The translations under genes were made by a program, and so were the position numbers. Shown piece by piece: positions 27,965 to 37,317 of a stretch of DNA of 64,000 nucleotides; position 1 is the first letter of the stretch, and each line of letters starts with the position of its first letter. Source of the stretch: Gammaproteobacteria bacterium. GTDB taxonomy: Bacteria; Pseudomonadota; Gammaproteobacteria; Ga0077536. Below the pieces are notes generated by a model. That model was not told the DNA's origin. It was given only the letters and a program-made list of their open reading frames with translations, and made no database searches. The DNA lies in NCBI GenBank assembly GCA_020849475.1, contig JADLGE010000071.1:18753-82752 (forward strand), given 5' to 3'.

Positions 27965-30142
27965 TCAGCCGCTCGCTTCCAGGTTGGCATAGGCCGCCAC
28001 CAGCCACTTCACACCGTCGGCTTCGAAGTTGACCTGCACCCGCGAGTGTTCGCCCTGGCCTTCCATGTGCAGCACCACGCCTTCGCCAAAGATCTTGTGA
28101 CGCACGCGCTGGCCGAGCTTCAAGCCATAGGCGTTGGCGCTCTGTTCCATGATGTGCCCTGAACCGCCGCTCACGCCGGTGCGGCCGGCACTGACGCGTC
28201 CACCGAGGCGCACTTCCTCCATCACTTCGCGCGGCAGTTCACGGATGAAGCGCGACGGCTGCGGGTAGAAATCCGCGCCGTGCAGGCGCCGTGATTCGGC
28301 GTAGGTGATGGTGAGTTTCTTCATGGCGCGCGTGATGCCGACGTAGCACAGGCGCCGCTCTTCCTCGAGTTGCACCGGGTCAGCCGCCGAGCGCATGTGC
28401 GGAAAGAGCCCCTCCTCCACGCCGACCAGAAACACCAGCGGAAACTCGAGCCCCTTGGCCGAATGCAAAGTCATGAGCTGCACGCAGTCGCTGTAGGCCT
28501 CGGCCTGACCATCACCGGATTCCAGCGCGGCGTGGGTGAGAAAAGCGGCGAGTATCGGGATCTCTTCGTCATCGATGGCGGGCTTGAAATCGCGTGCCGC
28601 GGTCACGAGTTCCTCAAGGTTCTCGATGCGGTCGAGGCCGCGCTCGCCCTTCTCCTTGCGGTAGTGCTCGATGAGCCCGGAATGCGCAATCACATGCTCG
28701 AGCAGTTCCGCCAGCGGCAGTTCGTTGACCGCGATGCTCATGCGATCGATGAGATCGAGAAAGCGCTGCAAAGCGCCGAGGGAGCGCGCCGACAGTTCCT
28801 TGTTATCGGTCAGACGGCGCGTCGCCTCCCACAGGGTGATGCGCTCGCGCCTGGCCACTTCGCGCAATTCATCGATGGAACGTTGACCGATACCGCGCGG
28901 CGGCACGTTGACGATGCGCTCGAAGGCGGCGTCGTCACCGCGTGAACTCGCGAGCCGCACATAGGCCAGCGCGTCCTTGATTTCGGCGCGCTCGTAAAAA
29001 CGAAAGCCGCCGTACACGCGATAGGGCAAGTCGGCCTGGCGCAGCGCATCTTCCAGCACGCGCGACTGCGCGCTGGTGCGATAGAGCATCGCGCATTCAG
29101 TGAGACGCCCGCCGTGGTCATGCCACAGGCGAATGCGGTCCACGCAGAAGCGCGCTTCGTCGAGATCGTTATAGGCCGCGTAAAGCGTGATGGGGTCGCC
29201 CTTGGCGCCGTCGGTCCACAGCTCCTTGCCGAGGCGAGAAGGATTGTTGGCGATGAGGGTATTGGCGGCCGACAGGATATTGCCCGTCGAGCGGTAGTTC
29301 TGCTCCAGGCGCACCAGTTCGTTGGCGGGGAAATCCTTGCGGAAATGCTGCATGTTCTCGACACGCGCGCCGCGCCAGCTGTAGATGGACTGGTCGTCGT
29401 CGCCAACCACGAAGATGTTGCCGTCATCGCCGACGAGATTCTTCAGCCACGCGTATTGAATGGCATTGGTGTCCTGGAACTCGTCCACCAGCACATGCCA
29501 GAAACGCTCGCGGTAATGGCGCAGGAGGCCAGGATGGGCCAGCCACAGCTCATGGGCGCGCAGCAGCATTTCAGCGAAATCGACCAGCCCGGCGCGCTGG
29601 CAGGCGTCTTCATAGGCGCGATAGATGTCGACCATGGTGTGCAGCGCGCCGTCGCCGTAATCGTCGACGTGCTGCGGGCGCTGGCCGTCGTCCTTGCGCG
29701 CATTGATGAACCACTGCGCCTCCTTGGCCGGCCATTCGTTGTCATCGAGATTGAGACCACGAATGACACGCTTGACCACGCGCAGCTGATCGTCCGAGTC
29801 GATGATCTGGAAATTGTCGGGCAGGTTGGCGTCGCGCGCATGGGCGCGCAGGATGCGATGGGCGATGTTGTGAAAGGTGCCGACCCACATGCCGCCGATG
29901 GGTCGGCCGGTCAGTTGCTCGATGCGGCCGCGCATTTCGGCGGCGGCCTTGTTGGTGAATGTCACCGCCAGGATGCCGAGCGGTGACGCCTGGCCGGTCT
30001 CGAGATACCAGGCGATGCGATGCACCAGCACGCGCGTCTTGCCGCTGCCGGCGCCGGCCAGCACCAGCACTTGATTGGCGTTGGAGGCAACCGCGTCACG
30101 CTGACGCTGATTGAGTTTGGCGAGGATGGGAGAATCGGTCAT
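27965..30142 (-). CDS. uvrD: DNA helicase II UvrD
   Basis: Walker A GAGSGKT, UvrD/Rep helicase motifs, UvrD-type C-terminal (GQRVRHKIFGEG...VKWLVAAYANLE); start at internal ATG MTDSPILAKLNQ (coordinate +/-1). Confidence 0.9.
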   Translation of the reverse strand: MTDSPILAKLNQRQRDAVASNANQVLVLAGAGSGKTRVLVHRIAWYLETGQASPLGILAVTFTNKAAAEMRGRIEQLTGRPIGGMWVGTFHNIAHRILRAHARDANLPDNFQIIDSDDQLRVVKRVIRGLNLDDNEWPAKEAQWFINARKDDGQRPQHVDDYGDGALHTMVDIYRAYEDACQRAGLVDFAEMLLRAHELWLAHPGLLRHYRERFWHVLVDEFQDTNAIQYAWLKNLVGDDGNIFVVGDDDQSIYSWRGARVENMQHFRKDFPANELVRLEQNYRSTGNILSAANTLIANNPSRLGKELWTDGAKGDPITLYAAYNDLDEARFCVDRIRLWHDHGGRLTECAMLYRTSAQSRVLEDALRQADLPYRVYGGFRFYERAEIKDALAYVRLASSRGDDAAFERIVNVPPRGIGQRSIDELREVARRERITLWEATRRLTDNKELSARSLGALQRFLDLIDRMSIAVNELPLAELLEHVIAHSGLIEHYRKEKGERGLDRIENLEELVTAARDFKPAIDDEEIPILAAFLTHAALESGDGQAEAYSDCVQLMTLHSAKGLEFPLVFLVGVEEGLFPHMRSAADPVQLEEERRLCYVGITRAMKKLTITYAESRRLHGADFYPQPSRFIRELPREVMEEVRLGGRVSAGRTGVSGGSGHIMEQSANAYGLKLGQRVRHKIFGEGVVLHMEGQGEHSRVQVNFEADGVKWLVAAYANLEASG

Positions 30143-30241
30143 CGGGGTTTGGGGCTTGAGGCACGCAAAGGCGGCTAGTTTAGGCCATTGCGCCACGCAT
30201 CGCCGATGGTGGGCCCGCGCGATATTTCTTAAAGTAGGGTC

Positions 30242-31588
30242 ATGAAGCAACACGACGCCATTGATTACAACCGCCCCGCCATTCTCGACGAACTCGCGGT
30301 GCGCACCCTGGATGAAGCCCGACGCGCCGGCGCCGAGGCCGTCGAAATCGGGTTAAGTGCCGGCGAAGGCCTGTCGGTGACGGTGCGCGGCGGCGCCTGC
30401 GAGACCGTCGAGCACGAGCGCGACAAGAGCCTCGGCGTGACCATCTACTTAGGGGGCCGCAAAGGCAGCGCCACCACTTCGGATTTTTCGGCGCAGGCAA
30501 TCAGCGAAACCATTCACGCCGCGCTGCGCATCGCCGAGGTCGCCGAGCCCGACCCCTATGCCGGCCTCGCGGCCGCCGAGTTCCTGGCCACGGATCTGCC
30601 CGATCTCGACCTCGATCATCCCTGGGACCTCGATGCCGAGAGCGCCATCGCGCTCGCCATCGAGTGTGAGAAGGTGGCGCGTGGCGTCGATGCGCGCATC
30701 AAGCAGTCCGACGGCTGCAGCGTGAATCGCTATCGCGGCAGCCGCGCCTATGCCAACAGCCACGGCTTCCACGCTGCCTATCGCGGCACGCGCCATGGCC
30801 TGTCGGCGGTGATGATCGCCGAGGACGGCGGCGGCATGCAGCGCGGCTACTGGTTCACCAGCGGTCGCGACGCCGCGCAGCTGGAAGACGCCGAAACCGT
30901 CGGACGCCTCGCCGCAGAACGCACGCTGGCCAAGCTCGGCGCACGCAAGATTGCCACCACCCGCCTGCCGGTTATCTACGAAGCGCGCATTGCCACCGGC
31001 CTGATTGGCCATGTGCTCGGCGCCATCAGCGGCGGCGCGCAGTATCGCCGCGCGTCCTTCCTGCTCGACGCGCTCGGCGAAACCATCTTGCCGGAATTCA
31101 TCACCGTCACCGAAGACCCCTTCCTGCCCGGCGCGCTCGGCAGCGCGGCCTTCGACGACGACGGAGTCGCCACCCGTCGCAAGACCATCATCGAGGCGGG
31201 CCGCCTCGACACCTATCTCCTGAGTGCCTATGCCGCGCGACGCCTCGGCCGCGCACCGACGGGCAATGCCGGCGGCGCACACAATCTTTTTGTCAGCCAC
31301 GGCGAACGCGCACTGGCCGACATCATCGCCGGTTTTGATCGCGCCCTGCTGGTGACGGACCTCATGGGCATGGGCGTCAACGGTGTGACCGGTGACTACT
31401 CACGCGGCGCGAGCGGCTTCCTCATTGAAGGAGGCGAAGTGGCCCACGCGGTCGAAGAGATCACCGTGGCCGGCAATCTCAAGAGCATGTTGAAAGACAT
31501 CCGCGAAATCGGCGCCGACGTCGAGACGCGCGGCACCGTGCATATCGGCTCGGTGGTGATCGGGGAGATGGCGGTGGCGGGGTCGTGA
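30242..31588 (+). CDS. pmbA: Metalloprotease PmbA (TldE)
   Basis: 448 aa PmbA/TldD family, divergent from uvrD. Confidence 0.9.
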   Translation: MKQHDAIDYNRPAILDELAVRTLDEARRAGAEAVEIGLSAGEGLSVTVRGGACETVEHERDKSLGVTIYLGGRKGSATTSDFSAQAISETIHAALRIAEVAEPDPYAGLAAAEFLATDLPDLDLDHPWDLDAESAIALAIECEKVARGVDARIKQSDGCSVNRYRGSRAYANSHGFHAAYRGTRHGLSAVMIAEDGGGMQRGYWFTSGRDAAQLEDAETVGRLAAERTLAKLGARKIATTRLPVIYEARIATGLIGHVLGAISGGAQYRRASFLLDALGETILPEFITVTEDPFLPGALGSAAFDDDGVATRRKTIIEAGRLDTYLLSAYAARRLGRAPTGNAGGAHNLFVSHGERALADIIAGFDRALLVTDLMGMGVNGVTGDYSRGASGFLIEGGEVAHAVEEITVAGNLKSMLKDIREIGADVETRGTVHIGSVVIGEMAVAGS

Positions 31589-31606
31589 ATTTCGGGAAGC
31601 GTTCAT

Positions 31607-31690
31607 TGTAGGTGCGATTTCAATCGCACATTCAGGGCGCGGCTGGGTGTCGGTGGGGCAGTTTTAATGTGCGAATGAATTCGCAGCTAC
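31607..31690. repeat. REP-like element (unit B: gtgcgatttcaatcgcac hairpin and aatgtgcgaatgaattcgcag hairpin)
   Basis: Read directly; overlaps sthA stop. Confidence 0.8.
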
Positions 31691-33069
31691 AACTTGTTCC
31701 ACGCATCCAGCGCCGCAATCTTGTAGGCCTCGGCGAGGGTCGGGTAGTTGAATACCGCTTCGACAAAGAAATCGAGCTTGCCGTCGTGGGCCAGCACCGC
31801 CTGGCCGATGTGGATGAGTTCGGTCGCGCCTTCGCCGACGATGTGCACGCCGAGCAGGCGGCGATCTTCGAGCGACACCAGCAGTTTCAACAAGCCCTCG
31901 CGCAGCCCCAGAATCTGCCCACGTGAAGTCTCGCGAAAGCGCGCAATGCCGGTTTCGTAGGCGACGCCGGCGCTGCGCAGTTCTTCTTCAGTCTTGCCCA
32001 CCACGCTCATTTCCGGCACCGCATAGATGCCGAAAGGGAAGATGTCGTTGGTGGCTTTCACCACGCCGTTGAAAGCATGGGCCGCGGCCTGACGACCCTG
32101 CTCCATGGAGGTCGAGGCCAGCGCCGGAAAGCCGATCACATCGCCGGCCGCATAGATGTGCGGCACGGCGGTGGCGAAATTGGCGTCGACTTCGAGGCGC
32201 CCGCGGCTGTCGGGTGTGAGACCGGCGTTTTCGAGCCGGAGTTTGTCGGTATTGCTCACGCGCCCGGACGCGAACAGCGCCATGTTGGCGCGAATGTGCT
32301 TGCCGCTGGCGAGATGCACGACGAGTTTCTTGTCATCGATGACTTCCACCGATTGCACGGTTTCACCCAGACGCAGGCTCACGCCGCGGTCGCGCAGGTG
32401 ATGGGTGAATTCGTCGACGATTTCGCGATCGAGAAAACCGAGGATGTCGGTGCGGCCGTCGACCAACGTCACGCCGATGTCGAGCGCGCTCAGCATGGCC
32501 GCGTACTCGACCCCGATCACGCCCGCGCCGACCACCACCACGGTGCGCGGCAGTTCCTGCATGTCGAGGATGTTGTCGCTGTCGACCACATTGGGGCAGT
32601 CGAAGGGAATGCCGGGCGGTTGCACGGGGCGCGAGCCGGTCGCGATCAGGATTTTGTCCGCTTCGATGAGTTTGACTTCATCACTGCCGGTCTCGATACG
32701 CAGCACATGGGGCGATTCGAACACCGCGTTGCCGGCGATGGTGTCGACGAAATTCCTGTGCAGCTTGTGCATCAGGATCTCGATTTCGTGACGGATGGTG
32801 ATGTCGAGGCGCTGCATCAAGTCCTCGGCGGTGATGCGCTCCTTGACCCGGTAGCTGCGCCCATAGAAGCCGCGCTGGCGCCAGCCGGACAGATACAGCA
32901 CCGCCTCGCGCAGGGTCTTGCTGGGGATGGTGCCGGTATGCACGCAGGCGCCGCCAATGGAAAAGGAACGCTCGATGAGCGCCACCGTGCGTCCGAGCTT
33001 GGCAGCCTGGATGGCGGCGCGTTGTCCGGCCGGCCCGCTGCCGATGACAACGAAATCGTACTTGGTCAT
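31687..33069 (-). CDS. sthA: Soluble pyridine nucleotide transhydrogenase
   Basis: 460 aa; FAD-binding GSGPAG, CxxxxC redox-like GGACVHTGTIPSK, NAD-binding GAGVIGVE. Confidence 0.92.
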   Translation of the reverse strand: MTKYDFVVIGSGPAGQRAAIQAAKLGRTVALIERSFSIGGACVHTGTIPSKTLREAVLYLSGWRQRGFYGRSYRVKERITAEDLMQRLDITIRHEIEILMHKLHRNFVDTIAGNAVFESPHVLRIETGSDEVKLIEADKILIATGSRPVQPPGIPFDCPNVVDSDNILDMQELPRTVVVVGAGVIGVEYAAMLSALDIGVTLVDGRTDILGFLDREIVDEFTHHLRDRGVSLRLGETVQSVEVIDDKKLVVHLASGKHIRANMALFASGRVSNTDKLRLENAGLTPDSRGRLEVDANFATAVPHIYAAGDVIGFPALASTSMEQGRQAAAHAFNGVVKATNDIFPFGIYAVPEMSVVGKTEEELRSAGVAYETGIARFRETSRGQILGLREGLLKLLVSLEDRRLLGVHIVGEGATELIHIGQAVLAHDGKLDFFVEAVFNYPTLAEAYKIAALDAWNKL

Positions 33070-33273
33070 GGTCTTCCTTTGAGCGCCTTATGTCCTGCCG
33101 TGGCTCGCGCGGCCCCTCACGCTTGTTTAAGCTTTAGCGAAAGGGCGCCCAGCATGGGCTTCACAGGTTGAGATCAACGGAAGATGCGCCGATAACTTGA
33201 GCGCGAGCCCACTGACCCCTGCTCGTCCGCGCGACGCCGGATGGTCCGGCGCACCCCATTGGAGAACCATTGC

Positions 33274-34257
33274 GTGTCACAACGCCCCCTCGAAAACATC
33301 ACCGAACCGCGCCTGCGCGCGACCGCCGCCGGCGAGGCCCAGCGCGCCCTGCTGGCAACGGTCATCAAGACCGCCGAGCAGGTGGTGTTCGGCAAATCCA
33401 ACGAGATTCGCCTGGCGCTGGCCTGCCTGCTGGCGCGCGGCCATCTGTTGATTGAAGACCTGCCGGGGGTCGGCAAGACCACCCTCGCGCACTTGCTGGC
33501 GCGCCTCATGGGCGTCGAATTCCAACGCATCCAGTTCACCAGCGATCTGTTGCCGGCCGATGTGCTGGGCGTCTACGTCTACGAGCGCGACGCCGCGCGC
33601 TTCACGTTTCACCCCGGCCCGGTGTTCACCAACGTCGTGCTGGCCGATGAAATCAACCGCGCCACGCCGCGCGCCCAGAGTGCGCTCCTGGAGGCGATGG
33701 AAGAACGGCAGGTGACGATAGAGAACGAAACCCATGGGCTGCCGCAGCCGTTCTTCGTCATCGCCACCCAAAATCCCAGCGATCAGATAGGCACCTTCGC
33801 GCTGCCGGAGTCGCAGCTCGATCGATTTCTCATGTGCATTTCCCTGGGCTACCCCGACCGCCGCGCCGAGCGCGCGCTGCTGAAAGCGCCGGACCGCCGC
33901 GCGGCACTGTCGGAACTCGCGCCGGTGCTGTCGCGCGAGGATTTGCTCGAACTGCAGGACAAGGTCGATGGTGTGCATGTCAGCGATGCACTGCTCGACT
34001 ACGTGCAGGACTTGCTCGACTACAGCCGCCGCGCGCCGCAGTTCGGCTGTGGCCTGTCGCCGCGCGCCGGCCTGGCCTTGCTGCGCGCGGCGCGCGCCTG
34101 GGCCTTGATCGACGGGCGCAACCACGTGCTGCCCGATGACATCCAGGCGGTGCTGGCGAGCGTGGCCGTGCACCGCGTGCGGCCGCTCGATGCCTCGCGC
34201 GGTGTGGATGCGGCCTTCATACGCGAGCAACTCGCCAACGCCGTGCCGATCCCGTGA
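33274..34257 (+). CDS. MoxR-like AAA+ ATPase
   Basis: GTG 33274 placed 8 nt after GGAGA (alternative ATG 33241); Walker A GVGKTT, Walker B VVLADEINRA. Confidence 0.88.
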   Translation: MSQRPLENITEPRLRATAAGEAQRALLATVIKTAEQVVFGKSNEIRLALACLLARGHLLIEDLPGVGKTTLAHLLARLMGVEFQRIQFTSDLLPADVLGVYVYERDAARFTFHPGPVFTNVVLADEINRATPRAQSALLEAMEERQVTIENETHGLPQPFFVIATQNPSDQIGTFALPESQLDRFLMCISLGYPDRRAERALLKAPDRRAALSELAPVLSREDLLELQDKVDGVHVSDALLDYVQDLLDYSRRAPQFGCGLSPRAGLALLRAARAWALIDGRNHVLPDDIQAVLASVAVHRVRPLDASRGVDAAFIREQLANAVPIP

Positions 34258-35219
34258 GCGCCGTCACCGCGCGGGCCGCGCGGCCCGCGCAACAGCGCCT
34301 GGACAGGCGACAGGTCTATATCTTCCCGACCGCGGCGGGCGTGACCTTCGGCTTCATGCTCGGCGTCATCCTGATCGGCGCCATCAACTACGACAACGCC
34401 TTGGGCTACCTGCTGGCCTTTCTGCTGTTCGGCCTGGTGTTGGTGGCGATGCTGCACACCTATCGCAATCTCAACGGCCTCATTTATCGCGGTGCGCGCG
34501 CGCTGCCGGTGCATGCCGGCAGTGATGCGCTGTTTGAATGCCAGTTCGAGAATTCGTCGCCCTTAGCGCGCCTCGCCCTGCGACTCGGGCCATGGCCACG
34601 CGGCATGGACAAACTGACGCGACGGTTCATGCAAAGCACCCACACGGCCATGGACATCGCGCCTGGCATCGTCGCCAATGTCGGCGTGCCGCGCCTGACC
34701 GAGAAGCGCGGCTGGACAACCCTCGGCCGGCTGCGCGTCGAAAGCGTCTATCCCTTGGGCATTCTGCGCGCCTGGGCCTATTTCGACGGCGACAGCCAAT
34801 GCCTCGTCTATCCCGCGCCGCGCGGCCATCTGCCGCTGCCGTTCGCGCCCGCCACCGCCAGCGGGCTGACGCAGTTGCACGGTGTGGGCAGCGATGAATT
34901 CGCCGGACTGCGGCCCTACACGCCGGGCGATCCGGTGCGCGCCATCGCGTGGAAGACCCTCGCCCGCGAACGCGAGGTGATGGTCAAACGCTTCCACGGC
35001 CAGGGCGCGCTGCGCGTACTGTTGTCGTGGTCGGCGGTCGCTTCATTGGCCGGCGCCGAGCCGCGCCTGTCGCAGCTGTGTCAGTGGGTGCTGGAAGCGC
35101 ATGGCGCCGGCCACAGTTACGCACTCGAACTGCCGGGCGTGTCGGTGGGCTTTGGCCACGGCCGCGAGCACCGTGATGAATGTCTGCGCGTGCTCGCGCT
35201 GTACGAGGCGCCGCCGTGA
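34254..35219 (+). CDS. DUF58 family protein (MoxR partner)
   Basis: Overlaps moxR stop by 4 nt; two N-terminal TM helices; DUF58 core (GSDEFAGLRPYTPGD). Confidence 0.8.
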   Translation: MSAVTARAARPAQQRLDRRQVYIFPTAAGVTFGFMLGVILIGAINYDNALGYLLAFLLFGLVLVAMLHTYRNLNGLIYRGARALPVHAGSDALFECQFENSSPLARLALRLGPWPRGMDKLTRRFMQSTHTAMDIAPGIVANVGVPRLTEKRGWTTLGRLRVESVYPLGILRAWAYFDGDSQCLVYPAPRGHLPLPFAPATASGLTQLHGVGSDEFAGLRPYTPGDPVRAIAWKTLAREREVMVKRFHGQGALRVLLSWSAVASLAGAEPRLSQLCQWVLEAHGAGHSYALELPGVSVGFGHGREHRDECLRVLALYEAPP

Positions 35220-37189
35220 ATCCCACGCCCTTGAGCGCGCGCGAAGTGCTGTGGGTGGCGGTGGTGCTGCTGCTCGCGCTGTTGCCGCACATGCCGCGCT
35301 TTCCGCTGATTCTCGACGCGGGCTTCGTGCTGGCCTGCGGCTGGCGCTACCTCGGCGCGCAGGGCGTGCTGCCCTTGCCGGACCGCGAGCACCGCCTGCT
35401 GTGGTTGTTGAAGCAATTGCTGGCCATCACGGCCTTCGTCACCATCTACATCGCGTTTCGCGGCAAGCTCGGTCGCGATGCCGGTGTCGAACTGCTGGCC
35501 GCGCTGCTGGGTTTGAAACTGCTGGAGATGCGCAGCCCGCGCGATTACTACGTGGTGACCTTGCTGTGCTATTTCCTGGTGGTCACCAATTTCTTTTATG
35601 CGCAGACCATTCCAACCGCGCTCTACATGCTCGGCGTGGTGATTGCCGCGACCGCGGTGCTCATTCAATACAACACGCCGCCCGCCTATCGCCAGCCGCG
35701 CGCCATGCTGCGCCTGTCGGCGCTGATGACCGCGCAGTCGATACCGCTGATGCTGCTCGCCTTCGTGCTGTTTCCGCGCATCCCGGGGCCGCTGTGGGGC
35801 ATGCCGCAGGACGCCTTCGATGCGGTGACGGGCCTCTCCGACAGCATGACGGTCGGCGACATCACGCGCCTCGGCATGTCGAACGAAATCGCATTTCGCG
35901 TGCAGTTCCACGGCCCGGAGCCGCGTGCCCGCGCGCGCTACTGGCGCGGCCCGGTGCTGTGGCACAGCGACGGCCGCGCCTGGCAGGTCGGCGCCTTTGC
36001 CGACCATCCGGCGCCGCTCGAGCATCATGGCCAGCGCTATCTCTACACCGTCACCATGGAGCCTCACCGCAAGCACTGGCTGCTGGGCCTCGATGTCGTC
36101 ACCGCCAAACCGCGCGACGTCATGCAGACCGCCGACTATGCCTTGAAGACCCGCCAGCCGCTGCGCACGCGCATGCGCTACGACCTCGAGTCGGCCATCG
36201 AATATCGCATGACGGGATTAAGCGACGCGGAGCGGCGCGCCGCCCTCGAAATTCCTCGTGGCCACCATCCCCGCGCACGTGAGCTCGGGGCGCAGTGGCG
36301 CGCCGAGACCCGTCAAGAGGATGCCATCATCGCGCGTGCGCTGGATTTCTATCGCGCCGGCAAGTTCGTCTATTCACTGACGCCGCCGACCCTGCCCGGC
36401 GACACCGTCGATGACTTCCTGTTCACGACACACGAAGGCTTCTGTGAACACTTCGCGTCGAGCTTCGTCATGCTCATGCGCGCGGCCGGCATTCCGGCGC
36501 GCGTCGTCACCGGCTACCAGGGCGGTGAATACAACGAAGTGGGTGAATACATGGTGGTGCGTCAGCGCGACGCCCACGCCTGGGCCGAGGTCTATCTCGA
36601 CGGGCGCGGCTGGGCACGTGTCGACCCGACCGCCACCGTCGCGCCCAACCGCGTATCGCTCGGCTTTGCCGATGCCAATCCGCGCGGCGCACCGGGCACG
36701 GGCTTTGCGCGTGATGCCTTGAGCGGCCGCGTGTGGACGCGCCTGCGCGATTCCTTCGACGCCATCACCTATGGCTGGAATCAATGGGTGCTGGGCTATA
36801 CCACGGCGCAACAGCGCAACCTGTTCGAAGAACTCGGCTTCGAAGACCTCGACTACGGCTCGTTGGTGATAGCGCTCACGCTGGCGCTCGCGTTGACCAC
36901 CGGCGCGCTGGCCTGGCTCATGTGGCGCGCGACACGTCGGCCGCGCGATCCGCTCAGCGCCGCCTATGGGACCTTCTGCGCCAGGCTCGCACGCATCGGC
37001 TTCACGCGCGGTGCGAGCGAAGCGCCGCTGGCGTTTGCGGAAAGGGTCTGCCGGCTGCGCGGAGATCTGGCCGACGAAGTGCGCGCCATCACGCGGCTGT
37101 ATGGTCTCTTGCGCTACGGACGCGGCGGTGTGGATGTGAAAGTGCTGCGGCGAAAAGTGGCTAATTTCAGGCCGAAGCGACAGGTGTGA
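35180..37189 (+). CDS. Transglutaminase-like / DUF3488 membrane protein (TgpA-like)
   Basis: Multi-TM N-terminal half, transglutaminase core with Cys/His (GFCEHFASSF...AHAWAEVYLDGRGWARVDPT); in-frame GTG 35216 overlapping DUF58 stop is an alternative start. Confidence 0.8.
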   Translation: MSARARAVRGAAVNPTPLSAREVLWVAVVLLLALLPHMPRFPLILDAGFVLACGWRYLGAQGVLPLPDREHRLLWLLKQLLAITAFVTIYIAFRGKLGRDAGVELLAALLGLKLLEMRSPRDYYVVTLLCYFLVVTNFFYAQTIPTALYMLGVVIAATAVLIQYNTPPAYRQPRAMLRLSALMTAQSIPLMLLAFVLFPRIPGPLWGMPQDAFDAVTGLSDSMTVGDITRLGMSNEIAFRVQFHGPEPRARARYWRGPVLWHSDGRAWQVGAFADHPAPLEHHGQRYLYTVTMEPHRKHWLLGLDVVTAKPRDVMQTADYALKTRQPLRTRMRYDLESAIEYRMTGLSDAERRAALEIPRGHHPRARELGAQWRAETRQEDAIIARALDFYRAGKFVYSLTPPTLPGDTVDDFLFTTHEGFCEHFASSFVMLMRAAGIPARVVTGYQGGEYNEVGEYMVVRQRDAHAWAEVYLDGRGWARVDPTATVAPNRVSLGFADANPRGAPGTGFARDALSGRVWTRLRDSFDAITYGWNQWVLGYTTAQQRNLFEELGFEDLDYGSLVIALTLALALTTGALAWLMWRATRRPRDPLSAAYGTFCARLARIGFTRGASEAPLAFAERVCRLRGDLADEVRAITRLYGLLRYGRGGVDVKVLRRKVANFRPKRQV

Positions 37190-37210
37190 TAGCGCGTGAC
37201 TGTGCTGCCG

Positions 37211-37317
37211 AATTGAATGTCAGACTCAAGTCTGACCCACAAAATCAGCGACCTTCTTCCTGTCGGTCAGACTTGAGTCTGACATTGAGTCGCTTGCATG
37301 TGCGAATGAATTCACAC
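37211..37317. repeat. REP-like element, inverted pair of unit A hairpins plus unit B (gcatgtgcgaatgaattcacacct)
   Basis: aatgtcagac-tcaa-gtctgac ... gtcagac-ttga-gtctgacatt read directly. Confidence 0.85.
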
